The notes: generated by a model from the sequence alone, not told the origin. 63,369 bases of DNA, filler included, from Octopus bimaculoides (GCF_001194135.2; 4 parts of 4 records of this genome joined end to end with filler, not necessarily neighbours in it); one strand, 5' to 3'. Counted from the first letter of the whole stretch, positions 26,175-39,115 are shown. Numbers and translations are program-made.

Positions 26175-27971
26175 CTAAGGAATATATAAGAAGGGTGTCA
26201 TGGAATTTGGCTGGACTGATTTATCATATCATAGGATTACCTGATCAGGACTGTCCAAGGATAAGCAACATAGTGGAGGCACATGGCTTATGGTTAGGTC
26301 TCATGACTGTAAGATTGTGGTTTCAATCCCTGGACTGGGTGATGTGTTGTGTTCTTAAGCAAAACGCTTCATGTCACATTGCTCCAGTCCATTCAGCAGG
26401 CAAAAATGAATAACTCTGCAATGGACTGGCGTCCCATCCGTGTGGGGAATATATACACCATAAAATTGGGAAACCAGCCCTTATGAGTTGGTATGACTCG
26501 AGAAGATAGCTTTACCTTTTACTAAGAATAAACAACTTCATAATAGATATTCAGATGAAATTCAGCAGGATTTGGAAAGATAGTAATGGTGTTTGAATGT
26601 TTACACAATATACTACATCAATTTGTATGCCAGAAAATATAGAGGGCCAGCACTAGGAAGTGCAGAGCCCAGTGGGGTCTCCTCTACTCTACAAAAGCTG
26701 AAGATTGATGTTTTATGCTTTGTGCTTTGTGTAACGTTGAGGGTTTGAGGCTCCACCACTAACCACAATGATATACTAAAAATTGAGAGCTCATCTGAAA
26801 GTTTTAATGCTTTATTATAAGTCAAGATAATTACTGACATACTGTCTGTGAATAGGACTTCTGAAAACGGACTTTTCAGGCATTTTTTTTTTTTATCAGA
26901 GAAGTCTTTCAAAATCATTTCAAAGTCAATTGTTTTTGTAAAGTCATTTTCTACAGAGAGCATCACCAAATCATTTACTCTCTCTTGTGAAACTGGTGAC
27001 CATAGATATGTTTAAATCAATTTTAGTTTTGAAAAACTTCTTTCACTTTATGCAATTGTTACAGGCATTGTTATGTAAATCCTCAAAGCAATAAAAACTT
27101 TAGGAAATGTTTAATTCAGCACGGTGTCCTCCGCTATGTCTTTTTGGTTAGTTTTTCAAGTGGAATATTATATTTTCTGGCATACAAGTTGAAAAGCCAG
27201 AAAAAGATAGGTCAACTTACACACCAAGATGACTTTGGAGGACCAAAAATTCCAAGTGAAATGCCATTGAAAAGATAGTGACAATGTTTAAATGATTCAG
27301 TACCGCCTGACTGGCTTCCGTAGGATTTTCGAGCGAGATCGTTGCCAGTGCCCCTGGACTGGCTTGTGCGGGTGGCACATAAAAGACACCATTTCGAGCG
27401 TGGCCGTTGCCAGTATCGCCTGACTGGCCTTCGTGCAGGTGACACGTAAAAGCACCCACTACACTCTCTGAGTGGTTGGCGTTAGGANNNNNNNNNNGCA
27501 GGTGACACGTAAAAGCACCCACTACACTCTCTGAGTGGTTGGCGTTAGGAAGGGCATCCAGCTGTAGAAACTCTGCCAAATTTAGATTGGAGCCTGGTGT
27601 TGCCATCCGGTTTCACCAGTCCTCAGTCAAGTCGTCCAACCCATGCTAGCATGGAAAACGGACGTTAAACGATGATGATGATGATTACACTATATACTAC
27701 ATACAATGACTTGTACACTGGAAAATATGCTATTTTAATATATAAAAGGCTGTGAGTCATCAACATACCAGGCAAAATGCTCAGAGGTATTTTGTCCATC
27801 TTTACATTCTGAGTTCAAATTCTCCCAGACAAAATGCTTAGTGGCAAAATGCTTAGCGTTTGTACTCTGTGTAAGTTTGTCCCATTAATATATAATATCT
27901 CTATATTTATACTTGAATATGCATCGTCTGAAAATTTTCAGCCTTTGCTTTTTCTCTATCTACTTGTGTGA

Positions 27972-28350
27972 AGGCGCAATGGCCCAGTGGTTAGGGCAGC
28001 GGACTCGTGGTCATAGGATCGCGGTTTCGATTCCCAGACCAGGCGTTGTGAGTGTTTATTGAGCGAAAACACCTAAAGCTCCACGAGGCTCCAGCAGGGG
28101 ATGGTGGTGAACCCTGCTGTACTCTTCCACCACAACTTTCTCTCACTCTTACTTCCTGTTTCTGTTGTGCCTGTAATTTAAAGGGTCAGCCTTGTCCCAA
28201 TGTGTCACGCTTAATATCCCTGAGAACTGCGTTAAGGGTACACGTGACTGTGGAGTGCTCAGCCACTTGCACGTTAATTTCACAAGCAGGCTGTTCCGTT
28301 GATCGGATCAACTGGAACTCTTGACGTCATAAGCGACGGAGTGCCAACAA
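27972..28350 (+). mobile_element. tRNA-derived SINE family D
   Basis: A-box tggcccagtgg and B-box ggtttcgattcc head; body ggagtgctcagccacttgcacgttaatttc is shared with 39200-39525, 58717-59040 and 60290-60440(-); decayed heads near 2470, 2640, 6520 and 26275. Confidence 0.8.
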
Positions 28351-29002
28351 CTTGTACATATATATATTTACTATAACAAACCTAAGCAGTTTTATTTGTT
28401 TATTCGCATAATTATTTCTATATTTACCCACCAGGATTCCACTTATAGCCCCTTTTTACTCTGTGGACTTGGTCCCACATAAAGACATTGGAGTGTAAGT
28501 TCAAATCAGTGAGTGCTACTGTTTCACATACATACACACACATACACACATACATACATATATGTTCTTATATTTGAGAATGGTCGTCTTTTTCCAATTA
28601 AACATATATATATGTATATATATAGGTGTGGCCATGTGGTAAGAAGCTTGGTTCCAGGTTCAGTCCCATTGGGCAAGTGTCTTCTACTATAGTTCTGGAC
28701 AGACCAAGGACTTGTGAGTGGATTTGATAAGCAGAAACTGAAAGAAACCTTCCCTTTCTAAGCTGTTTTCACAACCTTCCTGTGTTTGTGAATTCCTTTA
28801 TATGCCATGTAAAAAGCAGCCAGTCTGCACTGTGAAGTGGTTGGCACTTGGAAGGGCATCCGGCTGTAAAAACTATGCCAAAACAGACACAGTAGCCTGG
28901 TGTGGTCTTCTTTCTGGCCAGTTCCTGGCAAACCATCCAACCCATGCCAGCATGGAAGGAGGACATTAAATGATGATGATGATTATTTTATATATATATA
29001 TA

Positions 29003-29209
29003 AAGTAGTTGTATATTGTCAACTTAACGTGACAGTCCCAATAAGGGAATATACTACTGCTATTTAGCCCTAGGGATCTGGACCGCTTCCTGTCGGCCTT
29101 GACACATTTCCTGTGTCCTTATGTTTGTGAGGGGGAGACAAAGTCCTCCACCCAGCCCAGCCTGCATTCAGGGACGTGTTTCTGAGTCTTTGCTCATCAT
29201 CAGCCTGAA
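29003..29209 (-). mobile_element. Short hammerhead-bearing element, homologous to 61541-61743
   Basis: Colinear over about 200 bp (aagtagttg...gtgacagtccc...gggggagaca...tttctgagtctttgctc). Confidence 0.8.
29167..29209 (-). ncRNA. Canonical minimal type I hammerhead ribozyme
   Basis: Minus strand TTCAGG CTGATGA TGAG caaaga CTCA GAAA C ac G TC CCTGAA: perfect 6-bp stem I, intact core, 4-bp stem II, 2-bp stem III, GUC cleavage between 29173 and 29172. Confidence 0.85.
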
Positions 29210-29792
29210 ATAGCACGACCAGCTGGTTGAAGAAATCTGTTAAGGCCTTCGCAAACATATACTATTTCAGTGAAACACATTCACTGATTACAATTTATAT
29301 TTCTAATTTATATATATATATATANNNNNNNNNNNNNNNNNNNNNNNNNNNNNNNNNNNNNNNNNNNNNNNNNNNNNNNNNNNNNNNNNNNNNNNNNNNN
29401 NNNNNNNNNNNNNNNNNNNNNNNNNNNNNNNNNNNNNNNNNNNNNNNNNNNNNNNNNNNNNNNNNNNNNNNNNNNNNNNNNNNNNNNNNNNNNNNNNNNN
29501 NNNCTGTCAGATACCGGCCATGATGAAATACCACAAGGTATAGAAAATACGTAGTCGCCTTTATATATTTAATCCTTTATATTGAACACTCAATATTTCA
29601 TATATTCAATAAGACATATTCCATATATTCAATAAGACATTCAATACTTCATTTCATTGTACCATCCATTTTTATATTATATATTATATATTCCATATTC
29701 TATATCCCACATTAATTTTACAAGAATATAAATAAAACATAAAAAACAGACAGAGTTGGAACTCTTTTAAATAAAATAATATACATATATAA

Positions 29793-29829
<37 letters not shown>

Positions 29830-30214
29830 CATACACACACACACATGTATATCTATGTGTGTGTATCTTTGTGTTTGTCTCCCGGCACTACTTGACAACT
29901 AGTATTGGCTTGTTTACATCCCTGTAACTTAGTGGTTTGGCAAAACAGACTGATAGAATAAGTACCAGGCTTGAAAAATAAAGAAATGGTAGGGTCAACT
30001 TGTTCAACCAAAACCCTTCAAAGCTGTGGCCCCAGCATGACCACAGTCTAATGACTGAAACAAGTAAAAGATAACAGATACACACACATACATACACGCA
30101 CATACATACACGCACATGGTAGTCTTCTGCAGAGTTTCTATTTACCAAATTCAAGGCATCCTACTTGCAAAAGCAATCTTCCTAACCACAAATCCATGCC
30201 AATCCTGGCAATTA

Positions 30215-30245
<31 letters not shown>

Positions 30246-30423
30246 TTTGAGGCAACAATAACAAGCTTAAAACAAAAAGCATTTGAACATTTTGTAAACA
30301 TTCTAAAAGCAAACAACAACAACAGCAACAACAACGACAACGACACAAATGTCCTTGCTAACACGACCACTGTCCTCACNNNNNNNNNNNNNNNNNNNNN
30401 NNNNNNNNNNNNNNNNNNNNNNN

Positions 30424-30435
30424 TTAATTAATTAA
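30424..30435. other. Synthetic scaffolding linker TTAATTAATTAA inside a 100-bp N gap (also 54369-54380 and 58476-58487)
   Basis: Identical six-frame-stop palindrome centred between 44 N on each side, three times. Confidence 0.9.
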
Positions 30436-30544
30436 NNNNNNNNNNNNNNNNNNNNNNNNNNNNNNNNNNNNNNNNNNNNTAATAAAACAAAAAAGGAAAA
30501 GGTGAAACAATGAAGCCTCGTTACTCCTCCCGAAGTTAAAGGAA

Positions 30545-30681
30545 CAATAAGAAGAATGCGGCTGTTATCGAATGAACAATATTTCGACACTTCGTAGATT
30601 GAGATGATTATTTTGAACTTGCGGAAGAGACACGAAATGTCGAAATATTCTTCATTCGATAACAGTCGCACCCTTCTTATT

Positions 30682-30682
<1 letters not shown>
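30545..30682. repeat. Imperfect hairpin or small MITE, about 52-bp arms
   Basis: aataagaagaatgcggctgttatcgaatgaacaatatttcgacacttcgt versus acgaaatgtcgaaatattcttcattcgataacagtcgcacccttcttatt. Confidence 0.75.
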
Positions 30683-30716
<34 letters not shown>

Positions 30717-30948
30717 TGATGAGGAGGAGGAGGAGGAGGAGGATAATGATTATGGTGATGATGATGGTGATGATGTTTTAAAATTAAGATGCAAGGCCAG
30801 CAATTTAGAGGGTGGGTGGGTGAGTTAAGTCGGTTGCATCGACCACAATTCCCAAATAGTACACATCTTATCCACCTCGAAAAGAGGAAAGCCGAAGTTG
30901 ACTTCAGAGGAATTTGAACTCTAAATGTGAAGACAGATGAACTACCGC

Positions 30949-31010
<62 letters not shown>

Positions 31011-31316
31011 ATGATTTTTTCTTTATTATTATTTAGCAACAATATCAAAAAGTCATATGAAGGATAAACCCTTTAGTTTACACGGATAATCAATACGTAA
31101 CTATAAAAGACTTCGATTTTAGACGGGGATTAAAGACGAAACGGAAATGCTTGTCATTTCATAAAAAATAAAACGACTTCACCGCGTTTAATCAATTCAT
31201 TGATATCGGAAACATACATACTGTTTGTGTATGTGTGTGTGTGTGTTTGTGCGCCTGTATCTATCTATCTATCTATCTATCTATATACACATACGTATAT
31301 ATAAATATATGCATTC

Positions 31317-31411
<95 letters not shown>

Positions 31412-31519
31412 TATGTATACGTATATATACATATATACATACACGCGCATGCCAATATATATCTGTATATATATTTTTACATAGGAACATGCACACACAC
31501 CCACACGCATATATATATA

Positions 31520-31557
<38 letters not shown>

Positions 31558-32239
31558 TATAGAAATATATATATTTATATGTGCATAGACAGACAGACAG
31601 ACAGAGAGAAGTGGGGGAGAAAGCTAGGGCAGTGTGAGCGTCTAATTACAAAACTAAATCACGGAAATATACGGAAAATATTTCCTCAGGGAAAACATTT
31701 AGCAAAGAGCACTCTGCATAAAACAATTAAAAGTCGAAAAGTACGCAACCGATTTCTCGATTTTTCACAAGTATGCTTTCCAGCATTCATCGTCTGTATA
31801 TAATCAATACATTTCATTTACTGTCCAGGGTTCTTTTGCTGACACTAGTAGCTTGCTTCTATCTTTTATTTGCTTCTATCATTTGTCTGTAGCCATGCCG
31901 GTGCGCCGCCTTAAAAAGTTTTAGTCAAACAACACGACCCTAGGACATGTTTCATTTTATTTTGAAGCCCAGCATTCATTTCATCGGTCTCTTTTGCTGA
32001 AATGCTAGATAACGGAGACGTAAACACACCTAACGGGTTATCAAGATGTGGTAGGGAAATGTAGTTATAAAAATATGTCCTTCTGTTGAAATGTAATTTC
32101 AGTAAATTTCTATATCTTTATGCAGCTGAGGATTGCTCTGCATATTACATTTGATGTAATGTTCACATTGCTTAAATAAATGGAGTGGCATGAAACGATC
32201 GTACTGCATTCACTTTGGATATCCTTGTTGCTTATTTTG

Positions 32240-32322
<83 letters not shown>

Positions 32323-34572
32323 TGTATATGTGTGTATGTGAATATGAACACATGCATATATTTATACGCATTCGTGTGTGCATGCTTAGAACCATACACA
32401 TAGGCACTCACACTCAGACACGTACACACACACATACACAGCGTGAGTTGTTTGAAAGTCGTGTTTCTCACTTGCATAAGGTTTCTTCAAAATGCCTATT
32501 TTTTTTTTAAATATCTCTGATCAAGTATTTAAATAAGACCTCGTTTCTGTAGTTACTTTTAGGGAGCTTTCTCTGCTTTCAGATGAGAGTTTTACTCGCG
32601 ATTTGGTAAGATTTGTATATTTTCAAGATATTTCCATTCCTACATTTACTGGAAACCATTTAAAAACTTTTCTGATGCATTCGACAAAAATTTGTTCTGT
32701 TACCTTCTTTCTGAGCAGAATACAAAACTGTTTTAACTTTAAGTATTAAAACTTCCACGTATTATAATGTATAAATGTTATTTCCTTGACAGGAAGTTAA
32801 TCTACCCTACAAAATGTGGTGGTAGCATTAATTGTTCGATATAACGATCTCTGATTAATATAGAGTGACTTATGTACAATAGGCAAACCACGCCATAAAC
32901 AAGATCATTATTTGCACATTAGCTTAGAGAGATTAGAAACTTTCGTGAAATACAAACACTTTGAAAATCATACTTCGTGTCATCAGTAACTACCGCCGTC
33001 ACTCGACAAAATCACAGATATTCAACGAAATGGCTTCAGTGTAGAGAAATCTGCACTTGTCCCTTTCCAAATTTTCTAATTCACCTGCTCCGTTTTTCGA
33101 TATTTCTTCCTACTCCCATTTTAACCTTACCCTAGCGCTATTATATCTTCTCGTCGGGGGAGGTTAAATTCCCCTAATCTCAGCTTATGAATTACACGTT
33201 TTCCCCTTTGTTTCACAGTAACAGGAATATTATAATTACGCAGAAATATCTCACATCGCAGGAGGGCGTGATTTTCATGTTGACAGTAACGGTAGTTTGA
33301 AAAATATCTTTTTGAAATGTCCCTCATATTTTTTTGTAACATGTATAAAGATAAGCTGTATCTGAAGATCGAAACTGTAAAACCAATATTAAACCCATTC
33401 AAGTCAAGTCCCATTGCTTGATAAATCCAATATATTCCTCTACATCTTTGTATCAAGTGTTCTATATATTTTCTGGTACCTTCAATATTATTTAACAAGT
33501 GCAAATGATACGATATGTACATACGCTTCGACGTTACACACACTCACTCTTTGCCATGAAATCGTTCTAACGATTTATAATATATTGATACGAAACGATT
33601 AGCGTTGAAGAACCTATCGCTTCAACGAGAATCAAAACAAACACTTTGTATTATATGTTAAGACTTCGTTTCAACGATTTGGGATACATAGATGCATCAC
33701 ACATCTTATAGGTTAAGATATCTTTCCAACGATTTAAGATATAGTTAAGCGTTCTCAACTATAGATTTGTACCAATTACACTGGCCAGCAAAAAGAAAAA
33801 GAAGTAAAAACACAGCAAAAATCCGTTATGACTCCATTGGATAAATTCTACCTCAGGATATCAATGGAGAAAACTGAAGCTAGGAAGTGGCTATTTTCGT
33901 GTATTTTGAGAGAAATCACACATTCTTATGCAATTATTGTGTTAAATCACGAAACTTCCTCACCGAAAATTAAAGGTTCTAGAATAATTCCAATCCGATT
34001 TCCAAGATCTAACGACGAAGCTTAAATTCTATAGATAAAACTACGTAGTTTCCGTCGCTACACTGCCAGTAACAATTTTTGTTAACCATGCACGTAACTT
34101 CATAAATTGTTCAAAGTGAAAGTCTTTTTAAAGCCTGTGTTGCGTTATATAAATGTTGAAAGAAATAGAAACACACACACGTATAAACAACCATAGAAAA
34201 TANNNNNNNNNNNNNNNNNNNNNNNNNNNNNNNNNNNNNNNNNNNNNNNNNNNNNNNNNNNNNNNNNNNNNNNNNNNNNNNNNNNNNNNNNNNNNNNNNN
34301 NNNNNNNNNNNNNNNNNNNNNNNNNNNNNNNNNNNNNNNNNNNNNNNNNNNNNNNNNNNNNNNNNNNNNNNNNNNNNNNNNNNACCACCTGCCAAGCTAT
34401 CTTTCACACACACACACACATACGCTTATGTACACACTCTGTCTGTCTCTCCCCCTCTCTCTCTCTCACTATATTTTTCTATCAACAGCAGTTGTTTCCC
34501 CTTCCCTTCTATTGAAAGTGAAAATCTTGTTGCAAAGACTGTGTTGAGTTGTCTATATGTTGACAGACGCAG

Positions 34573-34613
<41 letters not shown>

Positions 34614-36078
34614 CATACACACACACACACGCATGCACTGTGTTTCTCACTGAACAATGTATTTTCTCCTCACTTTCTAAAAATACATTGTAATGAACAT
34701 CTTGATTCCTCCCCTTCTGTCATTCCATTTAATAAGATTTTGTAACAGAGCAACCAGCAGAGATCGCTCCCTTTCATATATTAAGATTATGCCTTTCAAA
34801 TACACCATAAAACAATGTATACAATGAAAATGAAGCCCATCGTTTTAAAGATAAATCTTCAAATTTATATAACATAGTTGTTACTACACACAGAGCTACG
34901 TAACAATATTACCTTAGACAATCAAGCGCTGAGGGTTTAAAAATATGAATAATGAGGCCAAAGAGTAAAATGGAAAATTTTAAATCCTTTCAATAGACTA
35001 GAGATTTTAGCTAAACGCCAAGAATTTATAACCGTTGTCCTTAACCTTAAATGAAGCTTAATTAATCCAGCGATATTTTAGGTAAGACAACTGACTATGA
35101 CGGTTCAAAATATCATTGTAAATTTTATTTGGAAGGTCACAAACAGACGCTAGTTTAATAATGATAATAATAGGACAGTATTGTAGTTCGCTTGAAGCAT
35201 TGTGTTGCACTATAATACCTTAGTAGGAAGGGTGTGTGGGCAGTTTTTAGATCGTTTATGTCTTAGATTTACAAGCAGGTTAGAGAATATTTGGAAGGTC
35301 TTCAACAGATCTTGAAGCACAGAGGCTTAAATAGTGGTTAAGAAACTTGGTCATTCAATAACGCTGTTTGGTGATTTCTTAAAGTATAAATGTACTATAA
35401 AAAAGATATTTAACTTGGTAACATATGATAAGAGTCGGACGAATGATACAAAGCGATGTGATATAAACATTTTTTGGTCTTTTACTTGTTTCAGTCATTT
35501 GAATGCGGTCATGCTGGAGCAACGCCTTTAGTCGAGCAAATCGACCCCAGGAGTTATTCTTTGTAAGCCTAGTACTTATTCTACCCGTCTCTTTTGCCGA
35601 ACCGCTAACTTACGGGGACGTAACACACCAGCGATTTGGAGGGAGAAACACACAAACACAACACACACACACACACACACACANNNNNNNNNNNNNNNNN
35701 NNNNNNNNNNNNNNNNNNNNNNNNNNNNNNNNNNNNNNNNNNNNNNNNNNNNNNNNNNNNNNNNNNNNNNNNNNNNNNNNNNNNNNNNNNNNNNNNNNNN
35801 NNNNNNNNNNNNNNNNNNNNNNNNNNNNNNNNNNNNNNNNNNNNNNNNNNNNNNNNNNNNNNNNNNNNNNNNNNNNNNNNNNNNNNNNNNNNNNNNNNNN
35901 NNNNNNNNNNNNNNNNNNNNNNNNNNNNNNNNNNNNNNNNNNNNNNNNNNNNNNNNNNNNNNNNNNNNNNNNNNNNNNNNNNNNNNNNNNNNNNNNNNNN
36001 NNNNNNNNNNNNNNNNNNNNNNNNNNNNNNNNNNNNNNNNNNNNNNNNNNNNNNNNNNNNNNNNNNNNNNNNNNNNNN

Positions 36079-36115
<37 letters not shown>

Positions 36116-36359
36116 AAATGTTGATGTGCACATATGTGAGGTTAGTCTTTACAAGTCACGTTAAAATATTTGTTCCTCACAGCATATGTACCTATTGAAC
36201 TCTTCTGGGAACCCTACAGTGAAAGTAAATATATTTCGCTGGTCTGATCTCCATACAATTTTATGCTGCAGCACTGTATTCATATCCTCACTTTTGCTCC
36301 TTGCCTCACCATGCATATATATACATATATATATATGTATACACACACACATGTCTATA

Positions 36360-36401
<42 letters not shown>

Positions 36402-36913
36402 TGTGTGTGTGTGTGTATATGTATATTAGGTAAACTCTCATATCCATGTAATTAAATAAAAATGTATGCCTCTTTGATATTGGCTCCGTGCATGTTCTTT
36501 GTTCTGTTGAGGCATCAATGGAGTTTATGGTGAGATGAAGATCNNNNNNNNNNNNNNNNNNNNNNNNNNNNNNNNNNNNNNNNNNNNNNNNNNNNNNNNN
36601 NNNNNNNNNNNNNNNNNNNNNNNNNNNNNNNNNNNNNNNNNNNNNNNNNNNNNNNNNNNNNNNNNNNNNNNNNNNNNNNNNNNNNNNNNNNNNNNNNNNN
36701 NNNNNNNNNNNNNNNNNNNNNNNNNNNNNNNNNNNNNNNNNNNNNNNNNNNNNNNNNNNNNNNNNNNNNNNNNNNNNNNNNNNNNNNNNNNNNNNNNNNN
36801 NNNNNNNNNNNNNNNNNNNNNNNNNNNNNNNNNNNNNNNNNNNNNNNNNNNNNNNNNNNNNNNNNNNNNNNNNNNNNNNNNNNNNNNNNNTGTCATTATT
36901 ATTATTATTATTA

Positions 36914-36959
<46 letters not shown>

Positions 36960-36968
36960 CATTATTAC

Positions 36969-37022
<54 letters not shown>

Positions 37023-37903
37023 CATTATTATTACTATTGTTGTTGCTGTCGATGTTGGTGGTGGAAGTGATGTTGATGCCGGCGGTGGTGGTAGTTCTGT
37101 AGCTATTCTGTATTGTCATTGTAGTAAAGTTAGTGATGCCGAAGGTTATGTTCCGTGAGTACCAAGTCGTTATCTGTGTCATCTGATATTCAGCACTTGT
37201 CTTAAGGTTCTAATTGCACCGAAGGGAATTGCCTTCTTTAATGTCACATTGTTAATTGTTCAGCTGATCACAGAATACAACTTTGTGGTATTTTCTGATA
37301 TTTCTTTGTGATCCTATAAAAACAGGAATTACAATATTTCACTATAGTTTCAAATCCTTTTCAAATCCTGTTTCTCATTTAATTCAGAGTATTGAATTAT
37401 CTATATTTTTCTTTATGCTTCCTTCAATTTAGTATGGAATCAACAGGTTACATTATTGTAATTGAGTCCCTGTATCACCATGCACTTACCGCTCTTTACG
37501 AGGTGGGGGATGTGTATTGGTGTGAGGTCAACTAAGGTAATATACTGAGGACTGCTGGTGTGTACAGGCAATGGATTCGTCAGAGAAACTAAGGACGTCG
37601 ATGTTGGCTAACTGCTTTGTTGCAGAAGACTTTCGAGACAAATCGTATTACGGATAACCTCCAGCAAATCTTGAACTGGCAATGATATTGAGATTACTAT
37701 CAGTTCGAGGTTAGTTTCGTATGTTTCTCTGGCACAACAGTCTCCTGATTTGAATATTCATGTTATATAGAATTATTACTCGATTTTCTACTGTTTTCTC
37801 TGGTCTATGTGGATGCTGCTGTTCTGACCATTCTACAGCTTATCCGGCACTCCTTCCCAGCAGCTTGTCTGCTTAAATTAAGTACAAAAATTGTGTATTT
37901 GAT

Positions 37904-38176
37904 ATTTTGTCCGTCACTCACAGAATATTGTCAGGCACTCACAAAATATTGTCAGTCACTAACAGAATATTGTCAATCACTCACAGAATATTGTCAAGCA
38001 CTCACAGAATATTGTCAAGCACTCACAGAATATTGTCAAGCACTCATTAGAATATTGTCAAGCACTCACAGAATATTGTCAAGCACTCATTAGAATATTG
38101 TCAAGCACTCACAGAATATTGTCAAGCACTCACAGAATATCGTCAAGCACTTACAGAATATTGTCAGGCACTCACA
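37904..38176. repeat. Minisatellite, 21-bp unit actcacagaatattgtcaagc, about 13 copies
   Basis: Direct reading; two units carry a 1-bp insertion (ctcattag). Confidence 0.95.
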
Positions 38177-38683
38177 ACCTGTAATTCACTTGTGTAATTC
38201 AGATTGTGAAGCTCACACTTTAGGACTAAGAATGGAGAAAATGACGATCTGAGGAAACCCATCGGGATGTCGACGAGAATTGCTAAATGATCCGTTCTGA
38301 CGGATTTTCGATTCAGAGACCACAGCTAACTGTCAGAATTCTCTGGTTTGGCAGTGCTACCGGGAGATGGTGTCAATCAAACTTGTGTACGATACGTTCA
38401 GAGAAACGAATCTGCTTTGGATGCATTCGTTTAGTGTCCGAACATTTATGGCTTGTCAAACAATTGCTTTTGCGCGGACGAAGGACCCAGTTTTCTCCGC
38501 TGTAAAGATCTCCTTCCACCCACCTTTTGTTCAGGAGGTAATGATGAAGAGGTAATGATGTGGTAGGTGACACTGAAAGTAGTAAAGAGATCAACTTTCC
38601 TCTTCGGCACAAAATTCGTAGACATTTTAATTTGCCTTTCATCTTATCGGTGTCGATAATATAATGTATCATTCGTAACGGGG

Positions 38684-39115
38684 TGAGCTGGCAGAAACGT
38701 TAGCACACCGGGCGAAATGTTTAGCGGTATTTTGTCTGTCTTTACGTTCTGAGTTCAAATTCCACCGAGGTCGACTTTGCCTTTCATCCTTTTGGTGTCG
38801 ATTAAATGAGTACCAGTTACGCACTGGGGTCGATGTAATCGACTCAATCCCTTTGTCTGTCCTTGTTTTTCCCCTCTATGTTTAGCCCCTTGTGGGCAAT
38901 AAAGAAATAAGAAACGTTAGCACGCCAGGCGAAATGCTTAGCGGTATTTCGTCTGTCTTTACGTTCTGAGTTCAAGTTCCGCCGAGGTCGACCTTGCCTT
39001 TCATCCTTTCGGGGTCGATAAATTAAGTACCAGTTGCGTACTGGAGTCGATCTAATTGACTGGCCCCCACCTCCCCCAAAATTTCGGGCCTTGTGCCTAG
39101 AGTAGAAAAGAATAT
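38684..39115 (+). mobile_element. Two tandem family A SINE copies with CpGs retained
   Basis: The head gaaacgttagcac... restarts at about 38908; both copies are close to the inferred consensus. Confidence 0.8.

Noticed and set aside
26613-26969. 118-aa ORF just upstream of the PTER exon
   Set aside because: No PTER motifs, spans a poly-T run, no fitting splice donor.
27436-27549. 52-bp tandem duplication across a 10-N gap
   Set aside because: Identical sequence on both sides of a minimal gap indicates unmerged contig overlap.
27972-28045. tRNA gene
   Set aside because: The tRNA-like head continues into a SINE body shared with other copies; no closed acceptor stem or terminator.
28431-28518. 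Candidate PTER first exon (STH*FELTLQCLYVGPSP or ALTDLNLHSNVFMWDQ frames)
   Set aside because: Stop in the only faintly similar frame, no HxH motif, wrong phase for the next exon.
37313-37607. Apparent minus-strand donor (37489) and acceptor (37314) pair with a 176-nt intron
   Set aside because: The joined frame stops after 20 codons and has no recognisable homology; at most a non-coding transcript.
37904-38176. CRISPR-like array
   Set aside because: Units are contiguous with no unique spacers; eukaryotic context.
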